A stretch of DNA of 64,000 bases from Camelus dromedarius (GCF_036321535.1 NC_087461.1:2480001-2544000); one strand, 5' to 3'. Counted from the first letter of the stretch, positions 1 through 13,200 are shown. A program made the numbers and translations. Notes: generated by a model not told the origin, from the sequence alone.

Positions 1-554
1 CAACATTCCATTTGGGGAATGTAGTTGAATCTGTAACAGGCATCTAGAAGCATTTTTTGGGACGAACTAATTTGACCATCCAGATTCATTTCATGAAAAA
101 GGAATATTTAAAAAAGGCAGGCCTGTAACCATAATTCTTTTCTTTAAACAGCATGTGCTTCCAGCCTGTAGAGCCTCAGACAAGTTATTTCCCTAATCCA
201 GGGCACAGCCCTCACTTTCTTCCATGTTTTTACCTTCTCCTGGTAAATATCTCCTCTTATTTCAGATCTCAGGTCAACTGGCCAGCTTTTGACTCATTGC
301 CAACGACTTCCCAGTCTCTTACTCCCTGATACACATTCATAGGGACGCTTTATCTCCCTAGAAAACCTCACAGTGATTACAGCCAGTGTATTTAGCTGTC
401 AGGGAACTTGCCTTCACTGATAGGACATGAGTTCCACGAGGACCAGGATCAGATCTGCTTCCTTGTGACTCTGTCCCTGGATTTTGCACTGATTACCGAT
501 TGTTGAGTGAATAAGCAAGTAATGAAGGTCCAGATCATCAAAATTTAATTCTAG

Positions 555-700
555 TCTCCTGCAACATCATTAAAGCCATCCTCCTCAGCGTGGACTTTGA
601 CGTGAGGTGCAGACAGTGCAGCACTGCAGGAAGATTTAAAGAACTCCACTGTCTCGAAGGGGCAGATATTGAAGGAGATGCTGTGTGTCTTTTAACCAAC
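555..700 (+). CDS. Candidate exon of a convergent plus-strand gene or pseudogene (SCNIIKAILLSVDFDVRCRQCSTAGRFKELHCLEGADIEGDAVCLLTN)
   Basis: tttaattctag| acceptor and AAC|gtaagg donor. 146 nt, open frame, phase 1 to 0. Confidence 0.3.
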
Positions 701-1411
701 GTAAGGTGAGAGAGCTTTTCTGTGCAGATACCAGAATGGAGTCGGGGGTTCTCAATGTTCCTTGCAGCCTGAATAAGCCTCCCTGCTGCCTGAGTGGGTG
801 AGTCTTTTTAGTGTAGATGGAAGAGTCTAGCAAAATGCAAATAATTGATGCTCTGAAAATAGAAGTATAAATAATGTATTGAGTGTATAAAGCAAAACTA
901 CACATAATGCACTTCTCTGGTGCACGAGGAATTCAGGGCACCGCTAACAGCACAACTGATGTGCGCTGTCAGGAGCAGCGCCCAGGGAGCGGGGGAGCCC
1001 ACGAGGGGCCCGGGGAGCCCCGTCCACGTCGGCACTGCCACCTCACTGTGTGCTGGTGACTTTCTTGGAAGTTTAGACCTTGGCTGAAGCCCTGGATGAC
1101 AGCAGTTTCTCCACTCCTTCAACCACTCCATTCCTCTCAGAGAAGAGGAGGGTGTCCCCACAAGAAAGGCCACGGGGACCATAAATAGGGCCACAACATG
1201 TGACTTTAACCAACAGGAAGGAGGAGATTCCTGTTTCTCATTCTTCACTTTCATCCTGAAAAACCTCAGAGTACTGCACTTGCTGATTTGTACAATTTAA
1301 CAACAACTTTTCACCTTCTGGTGGACAAAATGCAAAGCGTATCTTCAGCAACATCAGGGTGCGCGCTCTGAGTCTCGTTCACGACTGTGGGTTTCTCCCC
1401 ACGGGTGGGGG

Positions 1412-1505
1412 TGAGAGCCTTTATCTTAACTTGTTCAATTCTCCTCAGCTGTAAACAGGATGAAATTATGTTTTTCTGTGTCAGGGGGTCATTGTGAGGA
1501 GCGCT
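1412..1505 (+). mobile_element. MIR fragment
   Basis: caattctcctcagctgtaaacaggatg...cattgtgagga resembles the MIR core. Confidence 0.5.
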
Positions 1506-1622
1506 TACCCCAGACCTACCACTGAACTTAGCTGCTCATTTCCCTCCTTCCCTCCCCCCCGAGAACGTGGGTTATTTGCAGCACGTGTTGAAGGCCCCCT
1601 GGGAGAATCTGCAGGAGGGTAT

Positions 1623-1822
1623 GCGGTGTGAGGAAATGTTCTAATCTCAGCCTCTTACAGACAGCTGTCCGGTTTTCCCAGCACCACTTACTGAAGAGAC
1701 CATCTTTTCTCCATTGTGTGTTCTTGCTTCCAGGGTCGCAGATTAGCTGACCACAAGTGTGTGGGTTTACATCTGGGCTCTCTGTTCTCTTCCAATGATC
1801 CCTGAGTCTGTTTTGGTGCCTC
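1623..1822 (-). mobile_element. LINE-1 ORF2 fragment
   Basis: Translation WKRTESPDVNPHTCGQLICDPGSKNTQWRKDGLFSKWCWEN matches L1 ORF2. Confidence 0.88.
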
Positions 1823-3324
1823 TGAGTCCCCCTGTGATGCAAATCTCATCTCCACTTCTGCTGCCAGCCAGAGGACACTCTGCTTTCAAAAGGCTGGTGC
1901 CACTAGGCCACGCCCTCATTCACATTCTCGATGTTTTCAGGTAACTGAGTTGGGGTGTTCCCATTTCTGCAAAATCCCCCCACAGCAGGCCCAGAATCGT
2001 ATTTGACAAAACGACCAGCGGACAGGAATCAGGGGGTGGGGCGTCTTTAGAAGCCTGCCTGCCACTCTGATTAATTTCAACAGAAAGCCATTGTGTTGGA
2101 AGGATGCAGGGAAGCCCTAAGAACTGGTGGAAGGCTGGATGAGCAGGCTCTGGAGGTTACAGGGAGTGAGGAAGTGCTGGTGGGCCACGCAGCCGGAACG
2201 GTCTGTCACCACCCCCACACCACCTGCGGGGCTTCAACACGTTCGCTCCTCTTGTCACCCTGGACAGGAGTTGAATGACAGATGGGGAGTGTCTAACTGG
2301 CCAACTGGGATCACATCCCAGCAATCTGGCCGCAGGAACAGCAGAACACCCGGGTCAGCAGGCTATCTGGGAGCTGTCAGTGAGGGTGTGTTTAAGCAAA
2401 ACGAGGTGTGAAATGCACTCACCCTGCAATTTCCTGAGAATGAAGTCAGTTCCTCAAACGTCTTCTACTAATACTGTCTCATGCGACTTGATGTCGCACC
2501 ATCTGAGTTCATATCCTGGCCGTGCTGTAAGCATGTGTATCAAGTGAGATGGAAGAGGGATGCGCCACAGCCCGCAGTGCCTGGTGCGCAGCAGGTCCTC
2601 AGCAGCGCTCTAAATGATCTCTTCTCATTATGAACAATCCTGACCTAGCTCACTGAACAAAGGTAAGTGCCATCACTTCACTTTATTTAAAATAAGGTCA
2701 AAGTGTGTGTGCACCACGTTCTTGAGATCTGCACACTACTTCACTGGCATTTTGCACACATGCGTCCTTTAAACAGGAGAAATCTCCTCTCAAGAATGGC
2801 ACACGTGGCGGCTGGAACCAAGACTGAGTGTAGCTCCAGCCCCATCACTTGGTGCAGTGAGTTACTTGCTCAGGTGAGTTACCTAAGCTCTACCTATCAA
2901 TTGTCCTCATCTGCCACCTCCTAGGGTCTGTGTGGATGTCAATTTTACGGGACAATGGCTTTAAGTCCAGTGCCTGATCCCTGCCAAATCCTATACATGA
3001 GATGTTTTGAACATCAAAATCATGAATGCATTATGCGTGTCATCTAAGCAGCAATAGTGATGCCTGCCTAAAAGGGAATCGCATGGGGACAACCAGCAGT
3101 CCTACTGCAAGACTATTTTTAATTACAGCATTTTAAAAATAGCTGCTGTGCTTATTCTAAATCCGACAGAGAGCTGAAGACTTGCTGTGAAGTGTTACGC
3201 TAATCAGGAGAGCGCTCAGTCCAGGGAGAGGACACATCAGGATGACAGCAAGCATGAATTAAGACCCCGCGGTGTGAAGCCTTACATCGTGAAATGATTG
3301 TCGCTGCTATTTGCAAGAGTTTAG

Positions 3325-3444
3325 GACGGGAGTGGAATGCGCGTTCACCTGCTAGTGAATGAACTGAGGTATCTGCTGAAGAAGATACAGGATTTCCAGA
3401 CCACTGTCTTCTGGGAGAACCCGCTCTCCGTGACCCGTAACTGA
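3325..3444 (+). CDS. Candidate last coding exon of the convergent gene (DGSGMRVHLLVNELRYLLKKIQDFQTTVFWENPLSVTRN*)
   Basis: Phase-0 start matches exon 555-700, strongly coding-like codons, TGA at 3442-3444, AATAAA near 4075 and 4161. Acceptor is weak. Confidence 0.3.
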   Translation, partial: DGSGMRVHLLVNELRYLLKKIQDFQTTVFWENPLSVTRN

Positions 3445-4881
3445 CACTCCTGTTCCTTCTACTTCCCAATGAAGAAGAAACCATTGGCTCGGCCCCGTGA
3501 GTCCAATATCCTAATATCTGACAGTAGTAGTCCTTTTTTTCAGTGGTCCACAATAATCATTTTCTGCCTAAGTTAAAATTCTCTTTTTACGCACGCCTTC
3601 ACTCTCTTATGTATGGAATATAATTTCTTTAATTGTCTCTGTCAAATGTCTCTAACCCATCATCCACACTACCACCCAAGGAAGCATCATGAAACAGAGG
3701 TTGGATCGTATTATCATTTCTCCATGATTTTCCACATCAAATGCTCCCACATCTGCCTAGGTTGCTTCAATTTAAGTCTTCCCTTGAGACTGACACCCGC
3801 AGCTGTAATCTCCCACAAAAGCTTCCTCCCACAGCCCTACTCACCATTCTCTGGGATCATACCTCCTTGCCTTGGCTAGATTTCTTAAGCCACATTTCGA
3901 ATGCCTTATCTTTTGTGAGCCTTTTTCTCCAGCCCCCTTATTTGAACTTTATTCTTTATTATCACCATTATTTAAGGTCACACAATATTTTGCATTCAGT
4001 AAGTGGGTCCAGAATGACATTGCAAGGGCTCCTTCATGGCTCTGAATCCACGCAACTCTCAAAACAAGTCGTGGAATAAAGTAGGACAGAGACTTGAACC
4101 CACACAGGCAGGTGTAGGACAGTGGGGGTGGGGGAGGGGTAAGGGCACACTCAGAATGCAAATAAAAAGCACTAAATATGATACTTTTGATTCCAGACAT
4201 TTCCTGAATATAGCTGAAAGAAGTTAGAATGGACTAGATAAACAAAATTTCAAGTATTTCACTTTGTATCTTTTTGCCATTTGTAAATAGACTTTTCCTT
4301 GATGTTTCATAGCAACTCAGTAAGCTCACTGGAGGAGGGGCATGTATTTAGTATTTTGTATTAATTAATTTATTTATTCATTAAAAAAGGACATTGGATA
4401 CCTGCCACAGCATTTTCCTAACTTTTCACTAAAATTCAAAAGCATTGGAGAATAAATCAAGATGGCGGAACCAGGCTGTGTTGGCGGTCACCGTATTCTC
4501 CGCTCACACGCACACAGAGAAAGAAAAATAGCCAGTTGTATTTAAGAAGGTCCCTAATGAAGCAGGACAAGATGTTACTTTTATGAAATCTTCATTCTTG
4601 AGCACCTGTCTTTTCCTTATTTTGGAATTAAAAATGAGACGTGCCCATAAAGCCGCCAAGCCGAAATACAACAGGTGTCTAGGAAAGACACCTGCCCCAC
4701 AGCTCAACCAGCCACTCTTCGCAGGATGTCAGTTTTACTCCAGGAACAACTATAATACCAAAGTCCGGCTGCTCGACTTGGGTATTTGCTCTTGAGGGCG
4801 AAAGAAATGAGCCTGTCACTTCAAGAAGGATAATGGACAGTCCTCCTGTCCAATGACAAAATTAGATCTTTTATGTGAAGA

Positions 4882-5019
4882 TTAAAATGTTGGAAAATGT
4901 GTATATGGTACCATGAACTTGAGCGTTTCCTGATACTCAAAGACTTTTATGACGACATCAGTGTTCATGGTGACAAATGGGATCTTGTATAGCGAGACAT
5001 TTTGTGACTTGGAAGATCG
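4882..5019 (-). CDS. Probable terminal coding exon (RSSKSQNVSLYKIPFVTMNTDVVIKVFEYQETLKFMVPYTHFPTF*)
   Basis: ctgactgacag| acceptor (modest), phase 0, 45 open codons with coding-like bias, TAA at 4884-4882. Minus-strand AATAAA hexamers lie downstream (plus-strand tttatt near 4370 and 3950). Confidence 0.55.
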   Translation of the reverse strand, partial: RSSKSQNVSLYKIPFVTMNTDVVIKVFEYQETLKFMVPYTHFPTF

Positions 5020-5459
5020 CTGTCAGTCAGCGAGCCTTGGCTCCTTCGTGCATAAAGTGGGGAGACTATTACATCATCACAAATCTGTCTTGTTACTAAC
5101 TAGGATAATTTACATAATGCTCGCCACAGAGGGGGTCCTCATAAGTGCATCCTATCCTATCACACCTCAAAGCAAATTAGATCCCTGGGTCACTTCACTG
5201 AGAAGGGGAACCAGGTTGCAAGATGGAGGTCCTGGAGGAAGAAGATGAGAAGAAGAATTGACAGAAGAGCTTCAGAGGAAAGAAAGGAAACTCAGATAAT
5301 CACTGTATCAACTGCAAGCAGTTGTTTCTATGCAGTAGGAAACACGTGAATTCAGCCCTCTGATTTGTTCATCTCATCAACATGTACAATGCTGGGCTGT
5401 GCCAACATAATGAAAATCTACATTTATATGAATCCACATGACCCTCGTAAGTTACTCAC

Positions 5460-5483
5460 GTCTTTGAGCCTAATGTCTCTTTC
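5460..5483 (-). CDS. 24-nt microexon (ERDIRLKD)
   Basis: tgtctctattttcatacag| acceptor and GAC|gtgagt donor. Frame-preserving, phase 0 to 0. Confidence 0.55.
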
Positions 5484-7517
5484 CTGTATGAAAATAGAGA
5501 CAGTAATTTTATTCTTAAAGCTATTTCTGTGTGTGTGTCTCAACTAAAAGACTAAGAGATAAACTCTGTGCCTGACACACAACAAGCTCAGTAAATATTG
5601 ATTTCCCTTTAGTCCCACTAGTTCCAGCAAATTAATGGGAGGTGTGCTGTGTATGTGGGCATCAACCTTGATTATTATGAAGTTTAAAGTGTACTTTTGT
5701 CTGGTTTGTTCATATCGATTGATCAGAGGGTTAGGGTCAATGTAGTTTTGGGCTAAAAAGCTCGTGTAGTGTGTGTGCAGAGTACGCGTATGTGTCTGTG
5801 TGTGCGTGTGTGCTGCGTAACAGGTATATGAACCTAAATCTGCATGAACACAGTCCACGAATTCCCTATGCTTTTAATGAAACAACCAGGCAATTGTGTG
5901 TCTCCGTTCATGCTGCTGCTCAGTAATATGTTTACTCATTTCTGCCCAGGATTATAGCTTTGACCACAGTGTTGAGAGGAAGCTGCCATCCTCCTGTGCT
6001 TCTCCGGGAAGCCAAGGACAGCAGAGAGAGCCCAGACTCCACCGGGGCCTGCGGATGCTCTGAGAGCAAAAGGAGGTTTTCACAGCCTCAAGCACTGGAC
6101 GATCCTGGCTGAGCACCTTTTTACATGTAACAACTGAAATTTTTCAATAGGAATAATTTTCCAGTTGAAAGAAGAAAAACAAAAAACAATCCTAATGAGA
6201 AACAATAAAAAGCCCTTGACGTCTAAAGATTTTGTTAGTGAGTGTTCTCACCCTCTGGGTGTTTCGGGAGGTGGGTAGTCAGCAGAGGGAAACTACCCTC
6301 CGTTGGCCCCTTCGCCTCTTTACCTCATCGGGGCAAAGTAACACCTGTTGCTCATGATCTGTCATCACGCCTCACGTTCCTGGGACATCGAAATGTTTCC
6401 GTTTGCAGTTATCACACTCCAGATCTGTTGGCCCCTCTCTTTCCTGTGAGCCCTGCTGAACGGCGAGTCTTAGTAAGGAGCGTGAGTAAGACACAGACGG
6501 CCTCCTTCACAACACGATGTTCACACAGCCGGGGGAGGGATGAGCGAGGGCAGCACCTCCGTGGCAGCCGCGGCGAGGGGAGGGCGCTCAGCCACCCCGT
6601 ACCACACGGACTCTTCTCAGGGGTGACGCAGGGTCCAGGCCTGCCGCCAGCACGGGGCAAGCAGGGAGGCCGGGTGGTCCAGGGAGGAAGACTGCGTCTG
6701 CGGTGACACTGGTTCATATCACCTGTGGAGACAGAACCGGGCAGGAAGCGGTGGCTGGGGCTTCACATGCAGCTCCCGACTGGCGACCCATGGAGGTGTT
6801 TCCTTGCCATCGTGCTCAGGGGGGACACAGGTCCAGCTGCAGATGCCATCTCCGTCACATCTCCCTTAGCTTGTGAATCGAATCGTGGGCCTGGGTGTAC
6901 AACAAAGGGCACTTCAGAGCCTCAGTGACGAGCTTCTCTGCCTGTGGGTGACATCGGGAATGGGCCAGCGGGGGGCCAGCCAAGAGATCTGTTTGAGTTC
7001 CAGCAGGAGCCTCAAGTTGGGTCCAAAGTTTTAAAAAGAATAGCATCGAAACAAGAAGCAGGGTGTCGGGGGGCACTTTTAGGGAGCACTGTGCTTTTTT
7101 AAATAAATAACTAGGAGCGTGCTGTCTTCTAGTTTTCCTTGGCTGCTGCTGTTAGCTTAGGAAGCAAACAGAAATGGAGAGCGACACCGCCTTGCTGTGA
7201 GCATAGAAATTTCAGACGGGATTTGGGTGGGAAAAGTCTATGCCCAGAAAGACGGGCTTCTCATCCTTGATGTGTCCGTTGAGCTGCAACCTTGAAACCA
7301 TCAGCAGAGCTCCCAGAGCCCTTGCTGCTGTGGGGTTGTGATTTCCCATTCAAGTCGCAGAAGACTCATAATTGAATAATAAGAGCCATTGCTCTGGGGG
7401 AAGCAAATTATTAGACATCTGTGTACAAAGATGGTGACCCGCACTGTGAACGTAGGTCATGGCAGCGAGGTTCCCGTTTGTTTACCATCAATGAATTTCC
7501 GCCTCCGAATCAGTTAC

Positions 7518-7535
7518 CTTTCTCAAGGTTCCACG
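7518..7535 (-). CDS. 18-nt microexon (RGTLRK)
   Basis: Strong pyrimidine tract ttttcctcttctgcacatag| and AAG|gtaact donor. Frame-preserving, phase 0 to 0. Confidence 0.5.
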
Positions 7536-9149
7536 CTATGTGCAGAAGAGGAAAAGCTAAATTCCAGCAGGAAGACCATGGTCAAGGATAATATTTTATT
7601 CTGTGGCACAGAATAAATGTGTGCAGTGGGCAAATAAAGAACCAGATGAAAACTAGAAAGGATGGGAGGAGGACAAGCGTGTTTATCCACTTGCACGTGT
7701 TGGGAAATTCTTCAAAAGAAAGAAAATAGTGTATATTTTGTGTTTTCTCCCTTTCTGTATCCTAATTCTCTTTTCTATTAAAAAAAACACCAAGTTAAAA
7801 GCGTAGAATATCGCATTCTTTTAAAATAGCACGTGTTCACAAAAGGATTTTTTCTTTTCTAACAGCAACAAACTCAATAATTGTCCTGGACCTTTTATTT
7901 CCCCAGTACATCATAACCATAAACGTGAACTGGTTTAAAAAGTCCTTGAGCCCAATCCGACGACAGTTCTCCCCTCCCTGCTTTGTTTCTTTTCATTGTT
8001 AACACAGTGAGCTTTGTTTGTTTGACCTAAAATTTGACTAGAACAGAATTATATTTTTAGGAGTCGGAGTCATCCGTTACCACTTGAGAATCCATTTTGC
8101 TGTGAAATTTGGATAAATAATGGACTTATGTTATTAGAAAGAAGAAAGTAGCTGGCTGAACTACGAGGTAAGGGTTTCAGGCCACATTTCATGTCAAATT
8201 GGTTCCAGATATAAAGTGTAGCTTTCCCTGGAGGCCTTGAGGGGTGGAGAACAGAGACTTCATGTAATAAACATGTTCTTGGCAGAAGTCATGAGAGAGT
8301 AGCTTCACCCTACAATTTGCTAATATTTCTGCTGAGGACAGTAAATCTCTCCTCCCAACAAGTTGAACTTGGCCGGAATTCTATAAAAAGGTTAGGTCAC
8401 AGAGCCCTGCTCAGGAACATAAACAGAAAGAGATACATGGAGTTTCCCTCTGAAAGGATACAAGCTGCCCTGCCAGGCACTGACTACATCCTAGGCCTGC
8501 AAACAGCCTTTCAACAACGTTTCAGGAAAACGAGTGTGTAAGCTCTGTCGGAGGGTAAATGGTGGAATGTCAACATCTGCTGCCTAGACTATTGACCACA
8601 TCCTAATAACGTCCCCAGTAGACGTCACTGCACACGCGGAGGGAAATGTCAGCACACCTCGGCTGGAGAGTATATACTTTCTTCCACCAAGAACCCCTGG
8701 CCAATTTGGCAAGAATGCAGTTGACTTCTAAAAAGTAGTCATGAAATGAACAAAAGCTGGTGCCCAATTATGCAGAGAGGGTGGAAAACAACAAAAAATA
8801 AAAAATAACAGATTACCAAACAGTCAGCTCACTACGTGGAGACAGCAGGGAAGAGAGCTCTGAACTACATTTTTAATATCATGTTAAGACTCATCAAGGA
8901 AGGTCAACGGATAAACAGAGCAGACAGGGAGGCTTCCGAGGAGGAAGATACCCAGGTTAACAACTGGCATAAGGAAAACCAAGGAAAGAAGAAGATAGGA
9001 GTTGAGGGCTCTCTGGCGCAGGCATCACCCCCCCCCGACCCACACCCCCTGCAGAGCATCTGCGTCATGACCGCCGTGACAGGAGTCACAACAGGAGCTG
9101 AAGAGCATGGGAGAGTGAGCCTGCCCACGTCCTGCGTGTAGCAAACAGA

Positions 9150-9852
9150 GCAGAATAACCTAAACCAATCAAATCTTGGATTAGGGTCCACCCTAATGGC
9201 CTCATTTTAATTTGATTATCTCCATGAAGACTTCTAGGGGCGGAAAGACTTCTTCTACCCTCCTAGGTTCCACTGCTAGGTCTGCAAAATAAACTGACTA
9301 CAGGAGAAAAGATACACGAGTTATTCCATTTTTAATATCATGTGCATGGGGCATCTGGGGACAAAGACAATGCTCAAAAGTGTGACGAGATTTGAGAGTT
9401 TCTGTACTGTCTTAACAGGGGGAAGGGAGGGGGCAGGATTCTCTGGGGAGAGTACATGGCTTTTAGGGAAGATGAGTGGGTCCTCAGAAGAACAGATGGG
9501 AGGATGGCAGTCTGTGACAGTCTGGGTGTGGGGTCCACTTCTAGGCTCCTCTCCTGTGACATGAGTCAGTCTTCCTGGTGGTGCAGCTCCCAGGAGGGGA
9601 CATGTGACAGCCCAGTTCCAGTGGAGGCTCTGTGTTTAGGCAGGTGTGGGGACTTCAGAGGATGCTCTCCCTGCATCTGCTGCCCTGCCAGTGCCTTCAG
9701 CTCAAGAAAACCTATACCAAACTGGCACATTTTAGGGCAGCCATTCTCAGACTCCCTCAGACCCTAGCTCCAGAGACAGTGACATTTTTTGGTATAGGGG
9801 AATAAGATTGCAACATGAATTTCAGGGGTTACTAACTATTCAGCCCATAATA
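9150..9852 (-). mobile_element. MLT1 (MaLR) LTR split in two (~9150-9230 and ~9762-9852)
   Basis: ttggattagggtccaccctaatggcctcattttaa continues as ggggaataagattgcaacatgaatttcagggg...attcagcccataata. Confidence 0.6.
9232..9761 (-). mobile_element. ERV1 LTR (MER34-like) inserted into a MaLR LTR
   Basis: Reverse strand begins tgagggagtctgagaatggctgccctaaaatgtgccagtttgg...ttgagctgaagg, like MER34. Flanked by the two halves of an MLT1. Confidence 0.6.
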
Positions 9853-9894
9853 GAGGTCATGAGATGGGGGTTCCCAACCCTAATTACTTTTTGA

Positions 9895-10285
9895 AAAACT
9901 TTTAAATGGTAGTAAGAATTTATAACATAAGATCCACCCTCTGAACAGATCTTCAGTGTATAGTGCACCACTGCTGACGGCAGGCGCCATGTTGTACAGG
10001 AGATCTCCAGTCCTTTCATCTTGTTTAACTGAAACTTTGTGTCTGATGATTAGGAAGTCCCCATTTCCCCTCCGCAGCCCCTGTTAACTACCATTCCAGT
10101 CTCTGGTTGTATAAGTTGGACTATTTTTGATCCCTCCCATGAGTGGAATCATACAGTGTTTGTCCTTCCATGTCTGGCATATCTCACTGAGCACAGTGTC
10201 CTCATGTTGATTTCTCCATGTTATCCTTCTTTTTAAAGGCTGAATAGTATTCCATGGCATGGACATATGACATTTCTTTTATCCT
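9895..10285 (-). mobile_element. Old LINE-1 3'UTR fragment (L1MA/MB-like)
   Basis: Antisense L1 3' motifs such as gagtggaatcatacagtgtttgtccttc and ttttaaaggctgaatagtattccat. Confidence 0.8.
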
Positions 10286-13200
10286 TTCCTCTGTCCAACT
10301 CCTTTTCTGTGGCTGGGACTTGGACTTGGAAGGGGTTTGCTGAGAGAAGGAAAGGCAAGTGTCCCTTTACTCTGCTGCTGGCTGTGGAGTCTCCTCTGGG
10401 CTGCTGTCACCCCTGTTCCAACACTGACAGCCCAGCGGGGCTCTGGTGGGGATCAGCTGCAGGGCCCTGTGACTATGAACATCTCATCGTTCCTGCACCT
10501 GGCTCTGGCATGTCCTCTGGCACAGCCCACAGCTGCTCAGCGGCTGTGGACCCTGAACACCTCAGGGCCTCCTGGTGCAACGGCAGCAAGACGAGGTAAG
10601 CCTGGTTCGGAGGGGTACCTTGGACAGCAGCGAGCCCGCGAGCCTCTGCCACCTCAGAGCGGGCGCACAGCTGCCGCTCTGCCTCCCAGCCCGGCTCTGC
10701 CGGCTCCCTTCTCAGGTACAGAGGCAGGTCGGCCAGGCTGTTGGCAGTTGGTTCTCCAGGAAGAGCATGAGCTGCCCAATTTTCCTCTGGAAGAATCTAG
10801 AAGCCCCTCTCCCTTTTCCCTAACTCTTTTTGCACAAGACCTATGACAAAGATTCTCTCTCCTGTCTATTCTTTTATAAATGGGTGGGGGGAGAGGGAGC
10901 TTGGGGTGACGGCTGAGAACGGAAGGGCTAGTTCATTCTTGAGAGAGGTTTGTGGCCTCACTTATAGAGGACTCTCTTTATAATATGGGAGTCTTTCGCC
11001 TCTTGGTCCCCCAGCTTCGAGTCCATCAGTTCTGGAGAAGCAAGAGCAGGCCCGCTCCGCACTGTGGTGCAGGGAGTTTTGGAATTACCTAGAGGGCTTC
11101 CTCACGTTTATCCTGGCACTTCCAAAGCACACTGCAGGTTTCTGAGTTCTCAACAAAGACACTGTATTCACTTATTAAAATGAAAGTTACAGGATAGAAG
11201 TTGCTGAGAAGAAACAACACACTGAGGCATCAGAATGCTTTTTCAAATTAACGTTTCCTTTGCAGACCAGCATGGTGGCTGCAGTGGGGTGACAACCAGA
11301 AGAGAGCATGGGGCCATATGACATCCAAAGGACAGAGAAGTTCTTCTCTGCCTAGAATATATGTCCAGAAACCTTTTAAGATCACGGAGGCATGTAGGTT
11401 TAGACTTGAGTAAAATTTCTGCATCCCCTGAAAATTCCCCATTCCTCCAACATAGCCTCTTAACTTTGATCGAGACATTACTGGTGAGAAATATTTACTG
11501 ATTACTTTGGGAACTCAAACAAAGCTTTCCTCATTGACTAATAAGATACTTTGACATAGCCTAAAATTACTTTTAATAATATGTGTTTTTTTTCTGGTTT
11601 TAAATGTAATAATTCAGGCTCATTACAAAAGATGACAAAGTCTTCACACTTGCTGTGGTCTGCATTGTTAAACAGTTTTCAAAACAACTGTATAATCTAT
11701 CCTGAAACAAGAACTTAACGCGTATGAGGCCCCACAAGGAGCTTCGGCTTAAAAACTAAGCCTTCTTGGACCATGTACTTCCTTCTCTGTGAAATAATTT
11801 TTAACATTAAAAAACTACTTTAAATATCATATTAACATCGTTTCTAACATACTGGTGACACGAAAGCAGCTTAAGATACACTGCCATGAGCTGTATTCTA
11901 TCCGTGGAGTGAAGACAGGACGGTTCATATTTGGGAAAATAGGCCAATGTTTGCTGGTTTACATGGTTTTTGAGAATCATCATCATCTTCAGATGTTCTT
12001 TTTCTTGAAGTAAATATACAAATATCTGTAAAAGTACGTATTTTACTTATTATATCTTCTACTTTTTTTTTTTTTCAGGCTGAAACCATTATTCAAAACA
12101 TTGGGTAACGTTAAAGGAAAAATCTGTTCTTCCAAAGGTCGGCTGCTTCCCATGGGAGGGGCCAGAGGGTCAGGCAGTCACACAAACGGCCTTTTCTATA
12201 GCATGTGTTTCTGTGTGACTGACCCCATTGTGGTGAGGGCTATAAAAATGACTCAAACAACCTTCTATACAGACACTCATCCCTTCTTTAAAAGAGTTCC
12301 TTAACCATCGTTCAACGCTGAAAAATTCACTAATGTGTCAAAAAGTATTAACTATAATACTAACAGCCACGGTGGCTATTTCCTACGTATGTAGTATATA
12401 AACTAGATTATCACAAATGTTCCCAAGAGTCCGTGAAAACAGCAGACTGAAAATCGTCCACATGCAGTAATTTAGTTTTTTAAAGTAAAACTGTGGCAGA
12501 CCTAGGCTGATGATGAGCTGGCACATGGAGATACGCTATCTGCTCATCTAAGCCCTTTGCTGTCGTGTTTTAAGACGCAGTGTTTGTTCCCACGGCATCG
12601 GCAGTGCAACGAGTGCTGGCGGTGGTGGCCGTGGATGGACTAGAACACGGGCTGCACGCTGACCAAGTGTTCACAGTAGCCCGTAACTCACCCACGGTTT
12701 GGCTTCACTGTGTTTTCATGCCACAAGCTGGCTGATTCTAACCACTAACACGTCAGAACTACGAGGTAAGGGGGGTGGGGTGGATAACACCGCATTCCTA
12801 GGAAGAGGTGATCTGTCTTTAATCATTCAGGATGGGAAAAACCCACAAGAAATCTGCTGATTGCTCTGCTAGCTGCATTTGTGCATCTTAGGGAGATTGA
12901 CGACCAGGTCCCTCCTCGGCAATAATCAACTGTCTTCACAATCATACACCCGCAGCTAGAACTAGGCTATCGGAGTCTGGAAGCATCCTACCGAGTTATT
13001 TAGGATTAGAAATAAAAGTAACAACACAGTGCAGAAAGTAACAAGTAAGGACAAATTGCACCCTGGCCAATTTTGATCATTACAATGTAACCTATGTGTG
13101 TTTTATTAACATTAATCTAATTTTACAAATCAAAGTCACATTTTAATTACTAACAGACTGAGTTCGTCATTTCTGTGTCTTTACCTGTGTCCCAAGGCTG

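Noticed and set aside
3442-3444. In-frame TGA as selenocysteine
   Set aside because: No SECIS evident by eye and no redox motif. A stop or nonsense mutation is more parsimonious.
4459-4469. YY1-like AAGATGGCGG motif
   Set aside because: Single motif without a CpG island, in presumed 3'UTR or intergenic sequence. Insufficient evidence for a promoter.
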